Below are positions 1 through 9,771 of a stretch of 64,000 bases of DNA, one piece after another; the first letter of the stretch is position 1, and each line of letters opens with the position of its first letter. Below the pieces are notes generated by a model. The model did no database searches. It had not been told where the DNA came from and saw nothing but the letters and a program-made list of their open reading frames with translations. The DNA lies in IMG/VR virus record IMGVR_UViG_3300024351_000013; one strand, 5' to 3'. Source of the stretch: a virus. Lineage: Duplodnaviria > Caudoviricetes. The position numbers were made by a program, and so were the translations under genes.

Positions 1-310
1 GTCCCCATTGCTTATTTGCAAAATTTTCAATGCCAACAGTTCTCATTAAATTTCTAAGTTCTTCAGCTGCGGCAGTTTTTGCTCCACCAAGAACCCATCT
101 TCCATTCTGATATTCTAAGGTTCCTTGACCATAATCGGCTTTCAAATCAAGTTTTACTTCAAGTTTATATGGTTTTTTATTATATAAAAACATTGCGTCT
201 GGTGCATTAGAATCAGAACCTGCTGGAGTAAATCCCGGAGGCACTAATTTTTTAGACAACAATTTTCTATGAATTTTACCTTCGTAGATAAACCCCTGTT
301 CGCCAGCCAT
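1..310 (-). CDS. Hypothetical protein, PD-(D/E)xK nuclease-like, runs off the window (partial)
   Basis: Manual translation from ATG at 310: MAGEQGFIYEGKIHRK...APDAMF...YKLEVKLD; E...PD...EVK spacing fits the PD-(D/E)xK motif; TAATAAATA late-promoter-like box about 25 nt upstream. Confidence 0.55.
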   Translation of the reverse strand, partial: MAGEQGFIYEGKIHRKLLSKKLVPPGFTPAGSDSNAPDAMFLYNKKPYKLEVKLDLKADYGQGTLEYQNGRWVLGGAKTAAAEELRNLMRTVGIENFANKQWG

Positions 311-347
311 TTATACAAATACTCTTTCAAGTATTTATTATTCTGTA

Positions 348-419
348 TGGAGTGTAAGGAAATCGAATCCTTATTGCTGGAATGCAAATCCAGAGTAATA
401 ACCGTTATACGAACACCCC
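348..419 (-). tRNA. tRNA-Ala(UGC), CCA not encoded
   Basis: Reverse complement folds as a cloverleaf: acceptor GGGGTGT/ACACTCC with the G3:U70 alanine identity pair and A73; anticodon arm CTGGA-TTTGCAT-TCCAG; T arm AAGGA-TTCGATT-TCCTT. Confidence 0.88.
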
Positions 420-429
420 GTGTTTAGAT

Positions 430-458
430 ATTATAAAACCCCTCAACTGAAAAGTCAA
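430..458 (-). promoter_or_regulatory. Sigma70-type promoter for the tRNA, embedded in a hairpin
   Basis: TTGACT-N17-TATAAT on the minus strand, 10 nt upstream of tRNA G1; overlaps inverted repeat AACCCCT...AGGGGTT. Confidence 0.75.
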
Positions 459-487
459 GGGGTTAGAGCAACCTTCCGACTTATTTA

Positions 488-1693
488 TCAGTCGTGCTCA
501 CCCATTGCTTTTTGCTTACGGAGTTTCTTAGGATTCTTAGTAATTCCACCAGGACCCTCTGAAGGATAATCGTGGTCGGCACGAGTTCCTACACCGTGAG
601 CAGAACCTGCTCTTGCTCTTTCTCTATCATCGGCAGTTAGACCCTTTCTTGGAGAACCATAAGCATCCTTTCTGTTGGCAGGATTGGTTCTCCTTTGCAT
701 TGCTTTTAAGAATGGCTTTCTCTTTGCAGTCATCTTGGTTTTTAATGCTGCACTATATGCTTTTGGAGTTTCGCCGTATGAACCTTCTGCTTCAGAAATA
801 ATTTCAGATCTCCACTCTTCACTCATATTTGCCATAATAGCGATTGCTGCCTCTTCAGTTTCAGCATATCCTTCATCGAGCAAATATCCTTTTACAATAT
901 CGAACATATCAAATCCAGAAACAATACTTCCTGGCTTTTTGGAACCAGTTGCCTTATTTACTGGAGCAGGGGCTGCTGCTGGGGTTGGTTTTAGTGCTGC
1001 AACGGCACCACTCTTTACAATAGCATCAGCTTTTGCTTTTTGTTGATCTGGAGCATTACCAGTTTGATATCCAAATGTCTTTTGCATTAAAGGATTTGGA
1101 GTTTTTGGTTTGATTGATTCTGGACCTGCTGCCTTTGTTCCAGGAGCTGGTTTTGCTGCAGCGGTTGGTGCTGGTTTTGTTGCAGGAGCAGTTGGCGCTG
1201 GTTTTGCTGCTGCTGGTCTTGCTGCTGGGGTTGCTGCTGGTCTTGCTGCTGCTGGTCTTGCTGCTGCTGGTTTTGCTGCTGGTTTTGCTGCTGGTTTTGC
1301 TGCTGGTTTTGCTGCAGGGGGTTTTGCTGCTTGCTTTTGGAGATATTCACCAGTTGTAGAGACTCTTCTGTTTGCCTCAACACCACTCATTCCAGTTTTC
1401 ATTAATTTTTGAACTTTTGCTTTACCACCACCAGCAGAAAATGCAGTCATTACAGGTGCTTGTGGTTTTGCTGCAGGTGCAGGTTTTCCACCCATCTGTG
1501 TTGATGTGGGAATTTCGCTCAAATATGCCTCATACATCTCTTCCCAAGTATACTCACTCAGGTCATAACCTTCTTCAATAAGAGAATTGACCCAGTTCTC
1601 AAATTCTTGCTGCTCTTTAATCTCTTGGCGGAGTTCCTCATCATAAACTGCTTGATATGCAAGAGCTGCCTCTCTAAAAATTTTAGAATCCAT
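488..1693 (-). CDS. Hypothetical Ala/Pro/Lys-rich late protein; paralogue of 9097..9645
   Basis: 401-aa ORF; central KPAA/RPAA repeats; DEGYAETEEAAIAIMANMSEEWR and TKNPKKLRKQKAMGE modules shared with 9097..9645; TATAAATA upstream. Confidence 0.85.
   Translation of the reverse strand: MDSKIFREAALAYQAVYDEELRQEIKEQQEFENWVNSLIEEGYDLSEYTWEEMYEAYLSEIPTSTQMGGKPAPAAKPQAPVMTAFSAGGGKAKVQKLMKTGMSGVEANRRVSTTGEYLQKQAAKPPAAKPAAKPAAKPAAKPAAARPAAARPAATPAARPAAAKPAPTAPATKPAPTAAAKPAPGTKAAGPESIKPKTPNPLMQKTFGYQTGNAPDQQKAKADAIVKSGAVAALKPTPAAAPAPVNKATGSKKPGSIVSGFDMFDIVKGYLLDEGYAETEEAAIAIMANMSEEWRSEIISEAEGSYGETPKAYSAALKTKMTAKRKPFLKAMQRRTNPANRKDAYGSPRKGLTADDRERARAGSAHGVGTRADHDYPSEGPGGITKNPKKLRKQKAMGEHD
1146..1330 (-). 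repeat. Coding tandem repeat (12-15 bp units, AAACCAGCAGCA) encoding KPAA/RPAAA
   Basis: Repeated gctgctggttttgct/gctgctggtcttgct on the plus strand. Confidence 0.9.
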
Positions 1694-1714
1694 TTTTACA
1701 AATACTTTTTTAGT

Positions 1715-1742
1715 TATTTATAAAAAAAGACCCCGAAGGGTC
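1715..1742 (-). terminator. Rho-independent terminator (UUCG loop) whose U-tract runs into a T4 late promoter TATAAATA
   Basis: Minus strand GACCC-TTCG-GGGTC-TTTTTTT-ATAAATA. Confidence 0.85.
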
Positions 1743-1926
1743 AAACACCAAGAACGGCAGCAATATTATCATCCAGTTGTTGAATAACTCCACGAATATC
1801 AGAGACGCGAGGAGGAACACTTACTTCATCATAAGTATATCCTTTTTGTGCGTCAAACAAAACTTGACGAACTGCTGCTGCTGTACGAGCATCCATTTTA
1901 ATTGCTACTTGTTTTTCTTTAGTCAC
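1741..1926 (-). CDS. Small hypothetical protein
   Basis: 61-aa ORF whose start overlaps the mazG stop (ATGA); coding-like composition. Confidence 0.75.
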   Translation of the reverse strand: MTKEKQVAIKMDARTAAAVRQVLFDAQKGYTYDEVSVPPRVSDIRGVIQQLDDNIAAVLGV

Positions 1927-2336
1927 AGGTCTCCCTCCTTACGATTTTCAGAACGATAAACATCAAATGCTCCTTCAGGATAACGAGCACTCAGTTTTTC
2001 ATAGTTCATCTTAAGAATTTCTTCGAAGTTAGTATCGAGTGCCATAAATGCTTGAGACAGATACCAACAGATATCTCCAAGTTCACGCTTCAAGTGAAAG
2101 GCATTCTCTTCATTGTATGGTTTACCTTGAAGGATGATTTTTTTTACAACCTCAGTAAACTCCCCCGCTTCAGCACTCATACCAAGAGCAGCAGTAAGAA
2201 GACGCGGAACATCAGCATCATTAGTTGCTTCAAGTTCAGTCATACGAGCAAGTAGTTGAGCAAAATCACTGCTTGCTGGACTTGTAGTTTGACGAACGAA
2301 TTCAATATATTTGTTTGTATCAATAACTTGAGTCAT
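1923..2336 (-). CDS. mazG: MazG-like nucleoside triphosphate pyrophosphohydrolase
   Basis: AALGMSAEAGEFTEVVKK and RELGDICWY motifs; start re-called at MTQVIDT (2336), just after the g41 stop. Confidence 0.92.
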   Translation of the reverse strand: MTQVIDTNKYIEFVRQTTSPASSDFAQLLARMTELEATNDADVPRLLTAALGMSAEAGEFTEVVKKIILQGKPYNEENAFHLKRELGDICWYLSQAFMALDTNFEEILKMNYEKLSARYPEGAFDVYRSENRKEGDL

Positions 2337-2337
2337 A

Positions 2338-3714
2338 TTAGAATTTAAATCCTTCAAATGATTTTTTAGGTTTTCTTTCTTCATAATCATACTCTTCATC
2401 CTTTCCATTGTCAAGGATATCTTGTTGAGCAGATTGTTCGCAATCATAAAGACGCATTTTAGCACGGTCAATACCAATCACAAATCTTTTATGAATGGTA
2501 GGATCATTATAACGATTCTTAAGTTGTTTTACAAGAATCTGTCCAAGACCTTCAAGTTCTTCGGTAGAAATCAACGCAAACATTAAGTCAGCAGTTGCAG
2601 GAAGACCAAAACTCTCAGAAGTATCGGTCAGTTCCACATCAGAAGAACCATAACCAGAACGAGTAGTCTGTGTAGCACTAACAATAGGAACATTAAACTC
2701 TACAGCAAGACCACGAAGTTCTTCTGCAATTGCCTTTACAAAGGTATAAGAGTTGATATTACTATTGCCCTTATACCTTGAAGATGAACAAATGTTCAGA
2801 TAGTCAATGAAAATAATATCTGGTTTAAATGATTTCTTAAGTGCAAGTTCATTTAAGAGAGACTTGAAGTGCCCAGCATGTGCAGAAGCAGTTGGATACT
2901 CTTTAATGATTAGAGTTCCTTGAGTTTTCTTTGCAAGATTCGTGACCTTGTTCTCAAACATTTGCTTGGGGAGGTCTACAATATCTTGAATAGGGACATT
3001 CAGGAGGTTTGCGTCAATTCTTTCAGCAATGCGTTCTTCTGCCATTTCCAACGTAATGTACAGAACGTTCCTCCCTTGGAGCAAGACGGAGCTAGCCACA
3101 TGGCACATGAATAGAGACTTGCCGACGCCCGTACCAGCAAGAGCGATGTTAAGAGTTTTGTTAGGGAGACCACCTTTCGTGATTTTATTAAAGTATTCAA
3201 GATCAAATTCAATTTTATCCTCCTTTTTATGATAAGATTCGTAGCGTTGTTCATAATCCTGAAGATAATCGTGCCCTACATGATTATCAAAACTTACAGC
3301 AAGAGCATCAGAAAGAATAGAAGGAATACTATCACGATTCTTCTTTTCATCATTTCCATCAGCAATATGAATAGATTCCATAAGTGCCAAATAAATGGCA
3401 CGATCCCGACACCACTTTTCAGTTGTGTCAACTAACCAATTAAACTCTGTAGGAACATCTTCAAGACAGGAAATGATTTGTGCAATTTCCTTAAAAGATT
3501 GCTCATTTATATCTGTTCTTTTTTCTACTTCAATACATAGAACTTCTTTTGTTGCTGGTTGATTATATTCTTGAACAAAAGAAAGAATTTCTTCAAATAC
3601 AATCTTTTGATTACTATCTTCAAAATATTCTGATTTAATGAAAGGTATTACTTTTCTAATAAACTGCTCATTGTGTAAAAGGTTTCTAAGAATTAGAAAC
3701 TCAACTTTCTCCAT
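2338..3714 (-). CDS. g41: Replicative DNA helicase gp41
   Basis: Walker [24 protein letters not shown]; 458 aa, T4-like. Confidence 0.96.
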   Translation of the reverse strand: MEKVEFLILRNLLHNEQFIRKVIPFIKSEYFEDSNQKIVFEEILSFVQEYNQPATKEVLCIEVEKRTDINEQSFKEIAQIISCLEDVPTEFNWLVDTTEKWCRDRAIYLALMESIHIADGNDEKKNRDSIPSILSDALAVSFDNHVGHDYLQDYEQRYESYHKKEDKIEFDLEYFNKITKGGLPNKTLNIALAGTGVGKSLFMCHVASSVLLQGRNVLYITLEMAEERIAERIDANLLNVPIQDIVDLPKQMFENKVTNLAKKTQGTLIIKEYPTASAHAGHFKSLLNELALKKSFKPDIIFIDYLNICSSSRYKGNSNINSYTFVKAIAEELRGLAVEFNVPIVSATQTTRSGYGSSDVELTDTSESFGLPATADLMFALISTEELEGLGQILVKQLKNRYNDPTIHKRFVIGIDRAKMRLYDCEQSAQQDILDNGKDEEYDYEERKPKKSFEGFKF

Positions 3715-4708
3715 AACTGAATTCCTTGCGTGCGATTTCGTCCAACTGTTGCATTACTTCTTCGGTGAAATATACTTCAGGTTCTTTTAGAATCTGTTTA
3801 GCATAAATTTTCTTACCATCAATCTCATAGCGACCCGCTACATTCTTCCAGAGTCCACCAATCTCACCAAGTTCCAAAAGACCATAGTAACGATCAAGAC
3901 CGCGCTCATCATAATACAGACGGACTTCAACATCTTTGTTCTCCTTACTCAAACGCGACTTAGCAGTCTTAGCTTTGATAATATTGCCGACCACTTCTGT
4001 TCCATCCTTTTCTTTCTTTTTGCTGAGATAAATGATTGAAGACGCTGCGTATTTGAGTCCGCTGCCTCCACCCATTTCTTTAGTTGGTACGTAAGCTCCG
4101 ATAACATCATAAGTGTGATTTGTTACTATCATTGGAATTTTTGCTTGACCTAGTTTTAAGGTAAGCATACGAAATGCACCTTTGATTAGTTGTGATTTAG
4201 TCATATCACGAACTTCTTTATCATTCAATGCATCATTAATCTCTTTGCTGGTAGAAAGCATTCCCAAAGAGTCTAGCACAAACATGCAAGGATTGCGCTC
4301 TCCTTCAGGTTTTTTCATGTACATATCTACTGCTTTGAGTGCCGTTCCACGAAACTCTTCAACAGTGACAACATTAACAACCACAAGACGAGAAGTATCA
4401 ATTCCACGGGATTCTAGAAGAGATTTAGTTATAGCAGCTTCAGTATCAAAGTAGAGGCAATAACCATCGGGATTATTATCCAAAAAATTCTTAACAACGG
4501 CGAGACTGAAGAAAGTCTTTCCAGTAGAAGACTCTCCAGCAATAGCAGTAATCTTATTGCCAGATACACCACCAAATATGCTACCTGAAACCAGTGCATT
4601 AAAAATGTACGAACCTGTGTCAACATACTTTTCAGTTTCATCAATATCCGAAGCAAGTTGTGTGTACTCACCACCGATTTCTTTTACAATGTCTTTAAGA
4701 AAATCCAT
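3701..4708 (-). CDS. uvsX: RecA-like recombinase UvsX
   Basis: GESSTGKT Walker A, FDTE, LDSLG, MGGGSG. Confidence 0.96.
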   Translation of the reverse strand: MDFLKDIVKEIGGEYTQLASDIDETEKYVDTGSYIFNALVSGSIFGGVSGNKITAIAGESSTGKTFFSLAVVKNFLDNNPDGYCLYFDTEAAITKSLLESRGIDTSRLVVVNVVTVEEFRGTALKAVDMYMKKPEGERNPCMFVLDSLGMLSTSKEINDALNDKEVRDMTKSQLIKGAFRMLTLKLGQAKIPMIVTNHTYDVIGAYVPTKEMGGGSGLKYAASSIIYLSKKKEKDGTEVVGNIIKAKTAKSRLSKENKDVEVRLYYDERGLDRYYGLLELGEIGGLWKNVAGRYEIDGKKIYAKQILKEPEVYFTEEVMQQLDEIARKEFSYGES

Positions 4709-7203
4709 TAGGCAAAAAATAATTCAAGGTTTACTGTTTTTTCAACGCTCCACCCAATTGCATCAAGAATGATTTTGAGTGGCTCTAGAAATGCTTTCTC
4801 AAATTGTAGTTCATAGTCTATGTATTTGTCAAGATTAAGTTCCTTTGGAAATTCCTGAATGAAAGAAATAATATTTTCATGAATACTATTAGGTTTCTTC
4901 AGATAGATAAACTTAATTTTTTCCCCATTTTGGATAAGTGAATACTTATTTGTAAGTTTATTTTGTTTAATGTAATGATTAAAGAGAAGTGCTCCACGAA
5001 TATGAATTGGAGTTCCCTTGATATAAATTTGAGACGAAGACTGATACTTAACTACATCAGAGGCAGAGCGAGGGAATGAAATTTGCTCTGGTGGGAGGTT
5101 TTTAAATTCTTTGCGAGCATTCTCAATAAAATCAATTACTTCATCTTCTGTTCCACTCATCATAAGTTTTAATGCATCCTTAATCATTTTGCGACAAGGA
5201 GCTGGAGTAGAAGATTTAACAGCTTCAATACCCATCATTTTCAGTTTAGGTTCTTCATAGCGAACACCCTCACTATCCCAAACGTTAAGAATGTATCGTT
5301 TCTTAGCGGTCCAAATTCCACGGTCTGCAATGTTCTCCCGCTTCATTTGCATTTTTTGATCATATGCATTTACATAGTCCGCCAGTTCTTGGTAAGAACT
5401 TTCAATATATTTTTCAAGTTCCAACGAAGCGACCTTATCAAGGAACGAAACAACGCTTTCAGTAGTTTTCTCTCTTCCTTTGAATACAGTTTCAACCAAA
5501 GGACCCATATTAAGATAAATGGAATCAGTATCTGAAGCAATAACATAATCTACATTATCTGTTTTAAGAATTTTATTGAGGTAAGAATTCATTTTACCTT
5601 CAATCCAACGAATAGAAACCTGACCACTTAAAGTAATTGCTTCAGCATTTTCAAGTTTGTAATAACGGAAATACTGATTACCAATCGCACCATAAGCAGA
5701 GTTCAAAGAAATCTTCTTTGCCATCTGAATATTATTACAACGAGCAATCTCTTTTACAAGTTCCTTGTTCTTAGTCTTCTCATATTCTTTTTTCGCTTCA
5801 ATCATTTTCTTCTTGAAGATTACTCGGTCTTGATACATTTTTTCCATTAGTTCAGGAAGAAATCCACGAACGTCTTTGCGGAACATTGCACCATTTGCAC
5901 ATACTGCATAATCTTTATAGAGTTCAAAACTGATTTCTTGATTCAGAATTTTATCAACAGTTGCTGTGGGATGCCTTTCATCCACCAGAGTTTCTGGTGA
6001 GATGTTATATTGCATAATCAAGTGTGGATAAAGTGAATTAAGGTCAAAGTTTACAACCCAATCATACTTTCCAGGAATTGGTTCTTTTACATAAGCACCA
6101 GCATACTTTTCATTTTTTTGCGTTTTATTTCTTGGCGGAATTACAATGTTTCTTTTCTTAAGATAATTGTAGATGATGTTGTCCCACATCCGAACTTGAT
6201 AGAACACATCGGCATAATTTACTTTGGCATCATATGCCATCGTAAGTGCCAACTCAATCAGTTTCATCTTATCTTCTAAACGGTCAACAAGTTCTACGTC
6301 AACGATGTTGTACTCAATAAATTTCTGCCAACCTTGGGTATAGAAATCTTTGAAGGTATCAAACTCAGAGTGGTCAAGTTTCTTCTGACCAAGTTCTACC
6401 TCAGCAATATAATCAAGACGATATGATTCCTGTGCCTTATAAGTAAACTTCTTATAAAGATCAAGATAGTCAAGTTGAGTCATTCCACCCACATCAAATG
6501 TGGTGTGTTTGCGTCCATTAATAAACACTTCACCTTCTGTGACAAGTCCCCAATTAGAAAAACGTTTCATCAGTTTTTCGCCAAGAACACGATTCAGACG
6601 CTTGCAGATATAAGGAATATCATATAATTGAATATTCCAACCAGTCACAACATCTGGAACATCAATCATCCAATAATTAATAAAATTATTGAGAAGTTCA
6701 TATTCAGATGGGCAGTGATGATACGTTAAGTCACTACGATTATGCTTGAAAGGTCGAACCCCCCAAGTAATAATTTTTTTAGTTGTATAATCTTGAATTG
6801 TAATTGCAAGGATTTCTTCGGAACAAGATTCTACATCAGGGAATCCCTGCTCCGAAGCAACCTCAATGTCCAGAGTTACAAGTTTAATTTTATTGATATC
6901 AAACTTAATTTCATCCTCCGAATATTTTTCAGAGATGTATTGATAGATATATCGATCATTTCCATAGATCTCAAATCCATCAACTTCATCATATTTTTTA
7001 TAGAACTCTCGACAGTCCTTTACTGTTCCAGGATTAATTGGTTCTACCGATTCTCCACTTAATGTTCTATACTTAGAATCTTTTTTAGTTTTTACAAAGA
7101 GAGTTGGAAAGAACTCATCTCTTGTCTCAAATCTTTTACCATTTTCTACTCCACGAACCAAAAACTGATTTCCAATCAATTGAACATTAGTGTAAAATCT
7201 CAT
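4708..7203 (-). CDS. g43: Family B DNA polymerase gp43
   Basis: Exo motifs [17 protein letters not shown]; pol motifs [20 protein letters not shown]; no intein or intron. Confidence 0.98.
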   Translation of the reverse strand: MRFYTNVQLIGNQFLVRGVENGKRFETRDEFFPTLFVKTKKDSKYRTLSGESVEPINPGTVKDCREFYKKYDEVDGFEIYGNDRYIYQYISEKYSEDEIKFDINKIKLVTLDIEVASEQGFPDVESCSEEILAITIQDYTTKKIITWGVRPFKHNRSDLTYHHCPSEYELLNNFINYWMIDVPDVVTGWNIQLYDIPYICKRLNRVLGEKLMKRFSNWGLVTEGEVFINGRKHTTFDVGGMTQLDYLDLYKKFTYKAQESYRLDYIAEVELGQKKLDHSEFDTFKDFYTQGWQKFIEYNIVDVELVDRLEDKMKLIELALTMAYDAKVNYADVFYQVRMWDNIIYNYLKKRNIVIPPRNKTQKNEKYAGAYVKEPIPGKYDWVVNFDLNSLYPHLIMQYNISPETLVDERHPTATVDKILNQEISFELYKDYAVCANGAMFRKDVRGFLPELMEKMYQDRVIFKKKMIEAKKEYEKTKNKELVKEIARCNNIQMAKKISLNSAYGAIGNQYFRYYKLENAEAITLSGQVSIRWIEGKMNSYLNKILKTDNVDYVIASDTDSIYLNMGPLVETVFKGREKTTESVVSFLDKVASLELEKYIESSYQELADYVNAYDQKMQMKRENIADRGIWTAKKRYILNVWDSEGVRYEEPKLKMMGIEAVKSSTPAPCRKMIKDALKLMMSGTEDEVIDFIENARKEFKNLPPEQISFPRSASDVVKYQSSSQIYIKGTPIHIRGALLFNHYIKQNKLTNKYSLIQNGEKIKFIYLKKPNSIHENIISFIQEFPKELNLDKYIDYELQFEKAFLEPLKIILDAIGWSVEKTVNLELFFA

Positions 7204-7466
7204 TCTTTAATCAAGTCCTCATATTTTTCAAGTAGAGTTGGAGTTGGATCAACAAGTGTTAGAATCTTATCCGAACTCATCATAAACGAATCTTGTTTTG
7301 TATATCCCATCAAAAAAGGTTCTAAAACTTTCTGAGAACCATCTCTTATTAAGAAAGGTTTGATAAGTTTACAATCAGGTTCTCCAATATCAGCGCCTAC
7401 TTCTTCAATCTGACTTATCAGAATTTGATTGTTCAGTAGAACTATTACTTTGGTTATCGTTTCCAT
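7200..7466 (-). CDS. Conserved cyanophage-type hypothetical protein
   Basis: 88 aa; EVGADIGEPDCKLIKPF; ATGA-coupled to g43. Confidence 0.8.
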   Translation of the reverse strand: METITKVIVLLNNQILISQIEEVGADIGEPDCKLIKPFLIRDGSQKVLEPFLMGYTKQDSFMMSSDKILTLVDPTPTLLEKYEDLIKE

Positions 7467-7800
7467 AGTTTATAACATCGTTTAAATACATATCTTTCAG
7501 TTTATCACTTGGATTGACCATAGTGACCACCCATTCCTTTGTTAAAGGAATAACACTATCTTTAGATAGTGGCATCCACGGGAATAAGGTAACTCTAAAA
7601 GAAGCTTTTGAAGGGTCTTCTTTCATTTCCTCTTCATCAAACTTTTCTGGAACATTTGATGGGGGTGTCATTTTAACAACGCATGGTTTATTCAAGAAAT
7701 ATCCAACCATAACTGGATTTTCTTCGTCACCAACTACCATTTCTTTTACATCTGCAATCAAGTCTTCACCAGACTTAAGCAACATTAGTCTTACAGTCAT
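7405..7800 (-). CDS. Conserved hypothetical protein (Sm-like fold suspected)
   Basis: LLKSGEDLIADV N-terminus, similar to 11558..11851 and 22889..23281. Confidence 0.8.
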   Translation of the reverse strand: MTVRLMLLKSGEDLIADVKEMVVGDEENPVMVGYFLNKPCVVKMTPPSNVPEKFDEEEMKEDPSKASFRVTLFPWMPLSKDSVIPLTKEWVVTMVNPSDKLKDMYLNDVINYGNDNQSNSSTEQSNSDKSD

Positions 7801-7821
7801 TTTTACTCCATACCTCTTACT

Positions 7822-7874
7822 ATTGTAGCAACAAAAAAAGGAGGAGTCAACCTGGATTTTGCCAGGTGCTCCTC
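7822..7874 (-). promoter_or_regulatory. Terminator hairpin with a superimposed sigma70 promoter
   Basis: Hairpin GAGGAG..CCTGG-CAAAAT-CCAGG..CTCCTC plus T7 tract; TTGACT(7850-7845)-N17-TACAAT(7827-7822). Confidence 0.75.
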
Positions 7875-7897
7875 GCGCCGACGATATTCAATACTAT

Positions 7898-8059
7898 TTA
7901 TTCCCCACCGTCACCATCTCCATTACCACCAGCACTTGAACGACTTCTTACAGGAACTGCTTTTCCTTTTGGAACTTGCTTTTGTTTTCCTTGAGAATAA
8001 ACAGTATGTGGGATTGCTCCCTTATATGCAATTGTTTTGAACTCGTCAAAAGATTTCAT
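7898..8059 (-). CDS. 53-aa basic small protein with an MKSFDEF N-terminus (not in the ORF track)
   Basis: Manual translation MKSFDEFKTIAYKGAIPHTVYSQGKQKQVPKGKAVPVRSRSSAGGNGDGDGGE; CTAAATA box 12 nt upstream. Confidence 0.7.
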   Translation of the reverse strand: MKSFDEFKTIAYKGAIPHTVYSQGKQKQVPKGKAVPVRSRSSAGGNGDGDGGE

Positions 8060-8073
8060 TTTTTTATTTTTAT

Positions 8074-8508
8074 TTAGAGATAATCCTTTCGTGCATGGTG
8101 CTCAGGAACAATCTTACCAAGAACAACGGTTAGCAATCCATCCTCGAATAGAACTTCTTTAATGGTTGTATCATCTGATAATGTCCATGCTCTCTTGAAA
8201 GATCGTTGAGCCAATCCCTTATGGATGTAGTTGGTATCGGACTCCCTATCTTCCTTCTGTCCTTCGACAAAAAGTTTTCCATACTCCGTGTATACATGTA
8301 CTTCCTCCTTCTTAAATCCGGCAAGTGCAAGTTCGAGTCGTGATTCTACATTACTAACTTGAACAAGGTTATATGGGGGGTAATTAGAAGTTGTTTCATG
8401 AAGATTAAATAGACGATCAAAATATTCATCCATTCCAATACTATTGCGGTTAATCCTTTCCAATAGGGCAGGAAGATCCGACGCGGTATATCGCATGAGG
8501 TTAGTCAT
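8074..8508 (-). CDS. hsp20: Small heat shock protein Hsp20
   Basis: YPPYN, LELALAGF, HKGLAQRSFKRAWTL, FEDGLLTV; AGGAG RBS. Confidence 0.95.
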   Translation of the reverse strand: MTNLMRYTASDLPALLERINRNSIGMDEYFDRLFNLHETTSNYPPYNLVQVSNVESRLELALAGFKKEEVHVYTEYGKLFVEGQKEDRESDTNYIHKGLAQRSFKRAWTLSDDTTIKEVLFEDGLLTVVLGKIVPEHHARKDYL

Positions 8509-8592
8509 TATAGTAGCTCCTTTGAAAGCGAGGTTTGATTTTGTGATCCCAATAAGGCGATCATTAATAATTTATAACAGTTTTTATTATTT

Positions 8593-9000
8593 TTAAAGTG
8601 TGGTTTCTACTACATTATTCTTAACTGGTCTTCCAAATGTTCCAGGAGGAAACTTCATACCTTTGTTCCAAGCAGGTTTCCCCTTCATAGACATACCGGT
8701 TTTCTGTCTTGACGCTTTATCTCTTTTTGATCCAGAAGTACCTTCACCACCATCGGTTTTATTAACCAATACACCACCACTATCTTTTTTACCCCAAAAC
8801 TTTATGAGTGCTATTTCCAAAGATAATGCTTCTTGTTCTGTTAAGTTTTCTTTTATTCTTACTATTCTATCTCTATCAGGAGGTCGTTGAGCTAATCCTA
8901 ACTTTCTTTTATTTGTGTCTCTAAATCCAGAACCTTTCCCAATGTAGTAAGGAGAATATCTATCTTCACGCAAATAAGCGTAAACGTAATACCTTTCCAT
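8593..9000 (-). mobile_element. Free-standing GIY-YIG family (Seg-like) homing endonuclease with a short NUMOD3-like tail
   Basis: YYVYAYL...PYYIGKG, R and E catalytic positions, NKTDGGEG, KGKPAWNKG. Confidence 0.75.
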
Positions 9001-9001
9001 C

Positions 9002-9086
9002 TGCTTTGTTTGTGGTTATAGTTATTTATAAAAGAAAAGGAGCATTTCTGCCCCCAATCCTTTGCTTGAATAACCACAAACAAGCA
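9002..9086 (-). promoter_or_regulatory. Long inverted repeat covering the endonuclease start region, enclosing a GAAA-loop terminator and a late promoter
   Basis: Arms 9070-9086 and 9002-9019 (14 perfect bp, 1-nt bulge, 4 bp); terminator 9030-9054; TATAAATA 9023-9030. Confidence 0.75.
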
Positions 9087-9096
9087 CTAATATTTA

Positions 9097-9645
9097 TCAA
9101 CCAATAATACTCTCTCTCCACTCTTCGCTCATATTCACCATAATTGCTTCTGCTGCTTCTGGTGTTTCAGCATATCCTTCATCAAGTAAGTGTGAGAGGA
9201 TAATATCGTAAAGGTCAAAGTTTTCTCCAATCTCACCCATCGCTTGTTGCTTACGAAGTTTCTTAGGATTTTTGGTTACTGTTCCAGAACCTTCTGTATG
9301 TTTTTTATATTTTGGATCATAAGGAGAAAGTCGTCTAGATCTTGTTGCTGCTGCTTCTCTGTTTCTGTCTCTATCCGATTGAGTCATTCCAGTTCTCATA
9401 TGCCCACCAGCACCAAAAGTACCTCCCCCCTTATGTCCAAGAGATTGATGTCGTTTTATAGTTTCTGGTTCTTCTTCTCTTGATCGTGCTTTATTTTTAA
9501 GTTTCCTATACATCTCCTGTCTTTCGGGAGTTTGTCCCTTTTTTTGCCTTTCAAGTTTTGCTGCTCTATCAGCAACATCTCCTGAGGCACCCTCAACAAC
9601 TTCCATATATGCTTCTTGAAGACTACGAAATTCTTGCGCGTCCAT
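9097..9645 (-). CDS. Hypothetical basic late protein; paralogue of 488..1693
   Basis: 182 aa; TKNPKKLRKQQAMGE and LLDEGYAETPEAAEAIMVNMSEEWR modules; TATAAATA at 9666-9673. Confidence 0.85.
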   Translation of the reverse strand: MDAQEFRSLQEAYMEVVEGASGDVADRAAKLERQKKGQTPERQEMYRKLKNKARSREEEPETIKRHQSLGHKGGGTFGAGGHMRTGMTQSDRDRNREAAATRSRRLSPYDPKYKKHTEGSGTVTKNPKKLRKQQAMGEIGENFDLYDIILSHLLDEGYAETPEAAEAIMVNMSEEWRESIIG

Positions 9646-9687
9646 TTTTAATAATACTTTTTAGGTATTTATAAAATACAAGAAACG

Positions 9688-9720
9688 AAAAAAAGAGGTA
9701 TCGGCAAAACCGAACCTCTT
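9688..9720 (-). terminator. Rho-independent terminator downstream of regA
   Basis: AAGAGGTTCGG-TTTTG-CCGATACCTCTT followed by a T tract. Confidence 0.7.
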
Positions 9721-9771
9721 TTTAGGGTGTTCCGACTTTTGTAGAGTGCCGCACGAATGGCACACTACTAT

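Noticed and set aside
1087-1386. Poly-Q/N ORF and poly-L antisense ORF
   Set aside because: Alternative-frame readings of the KPAA tandem repeat
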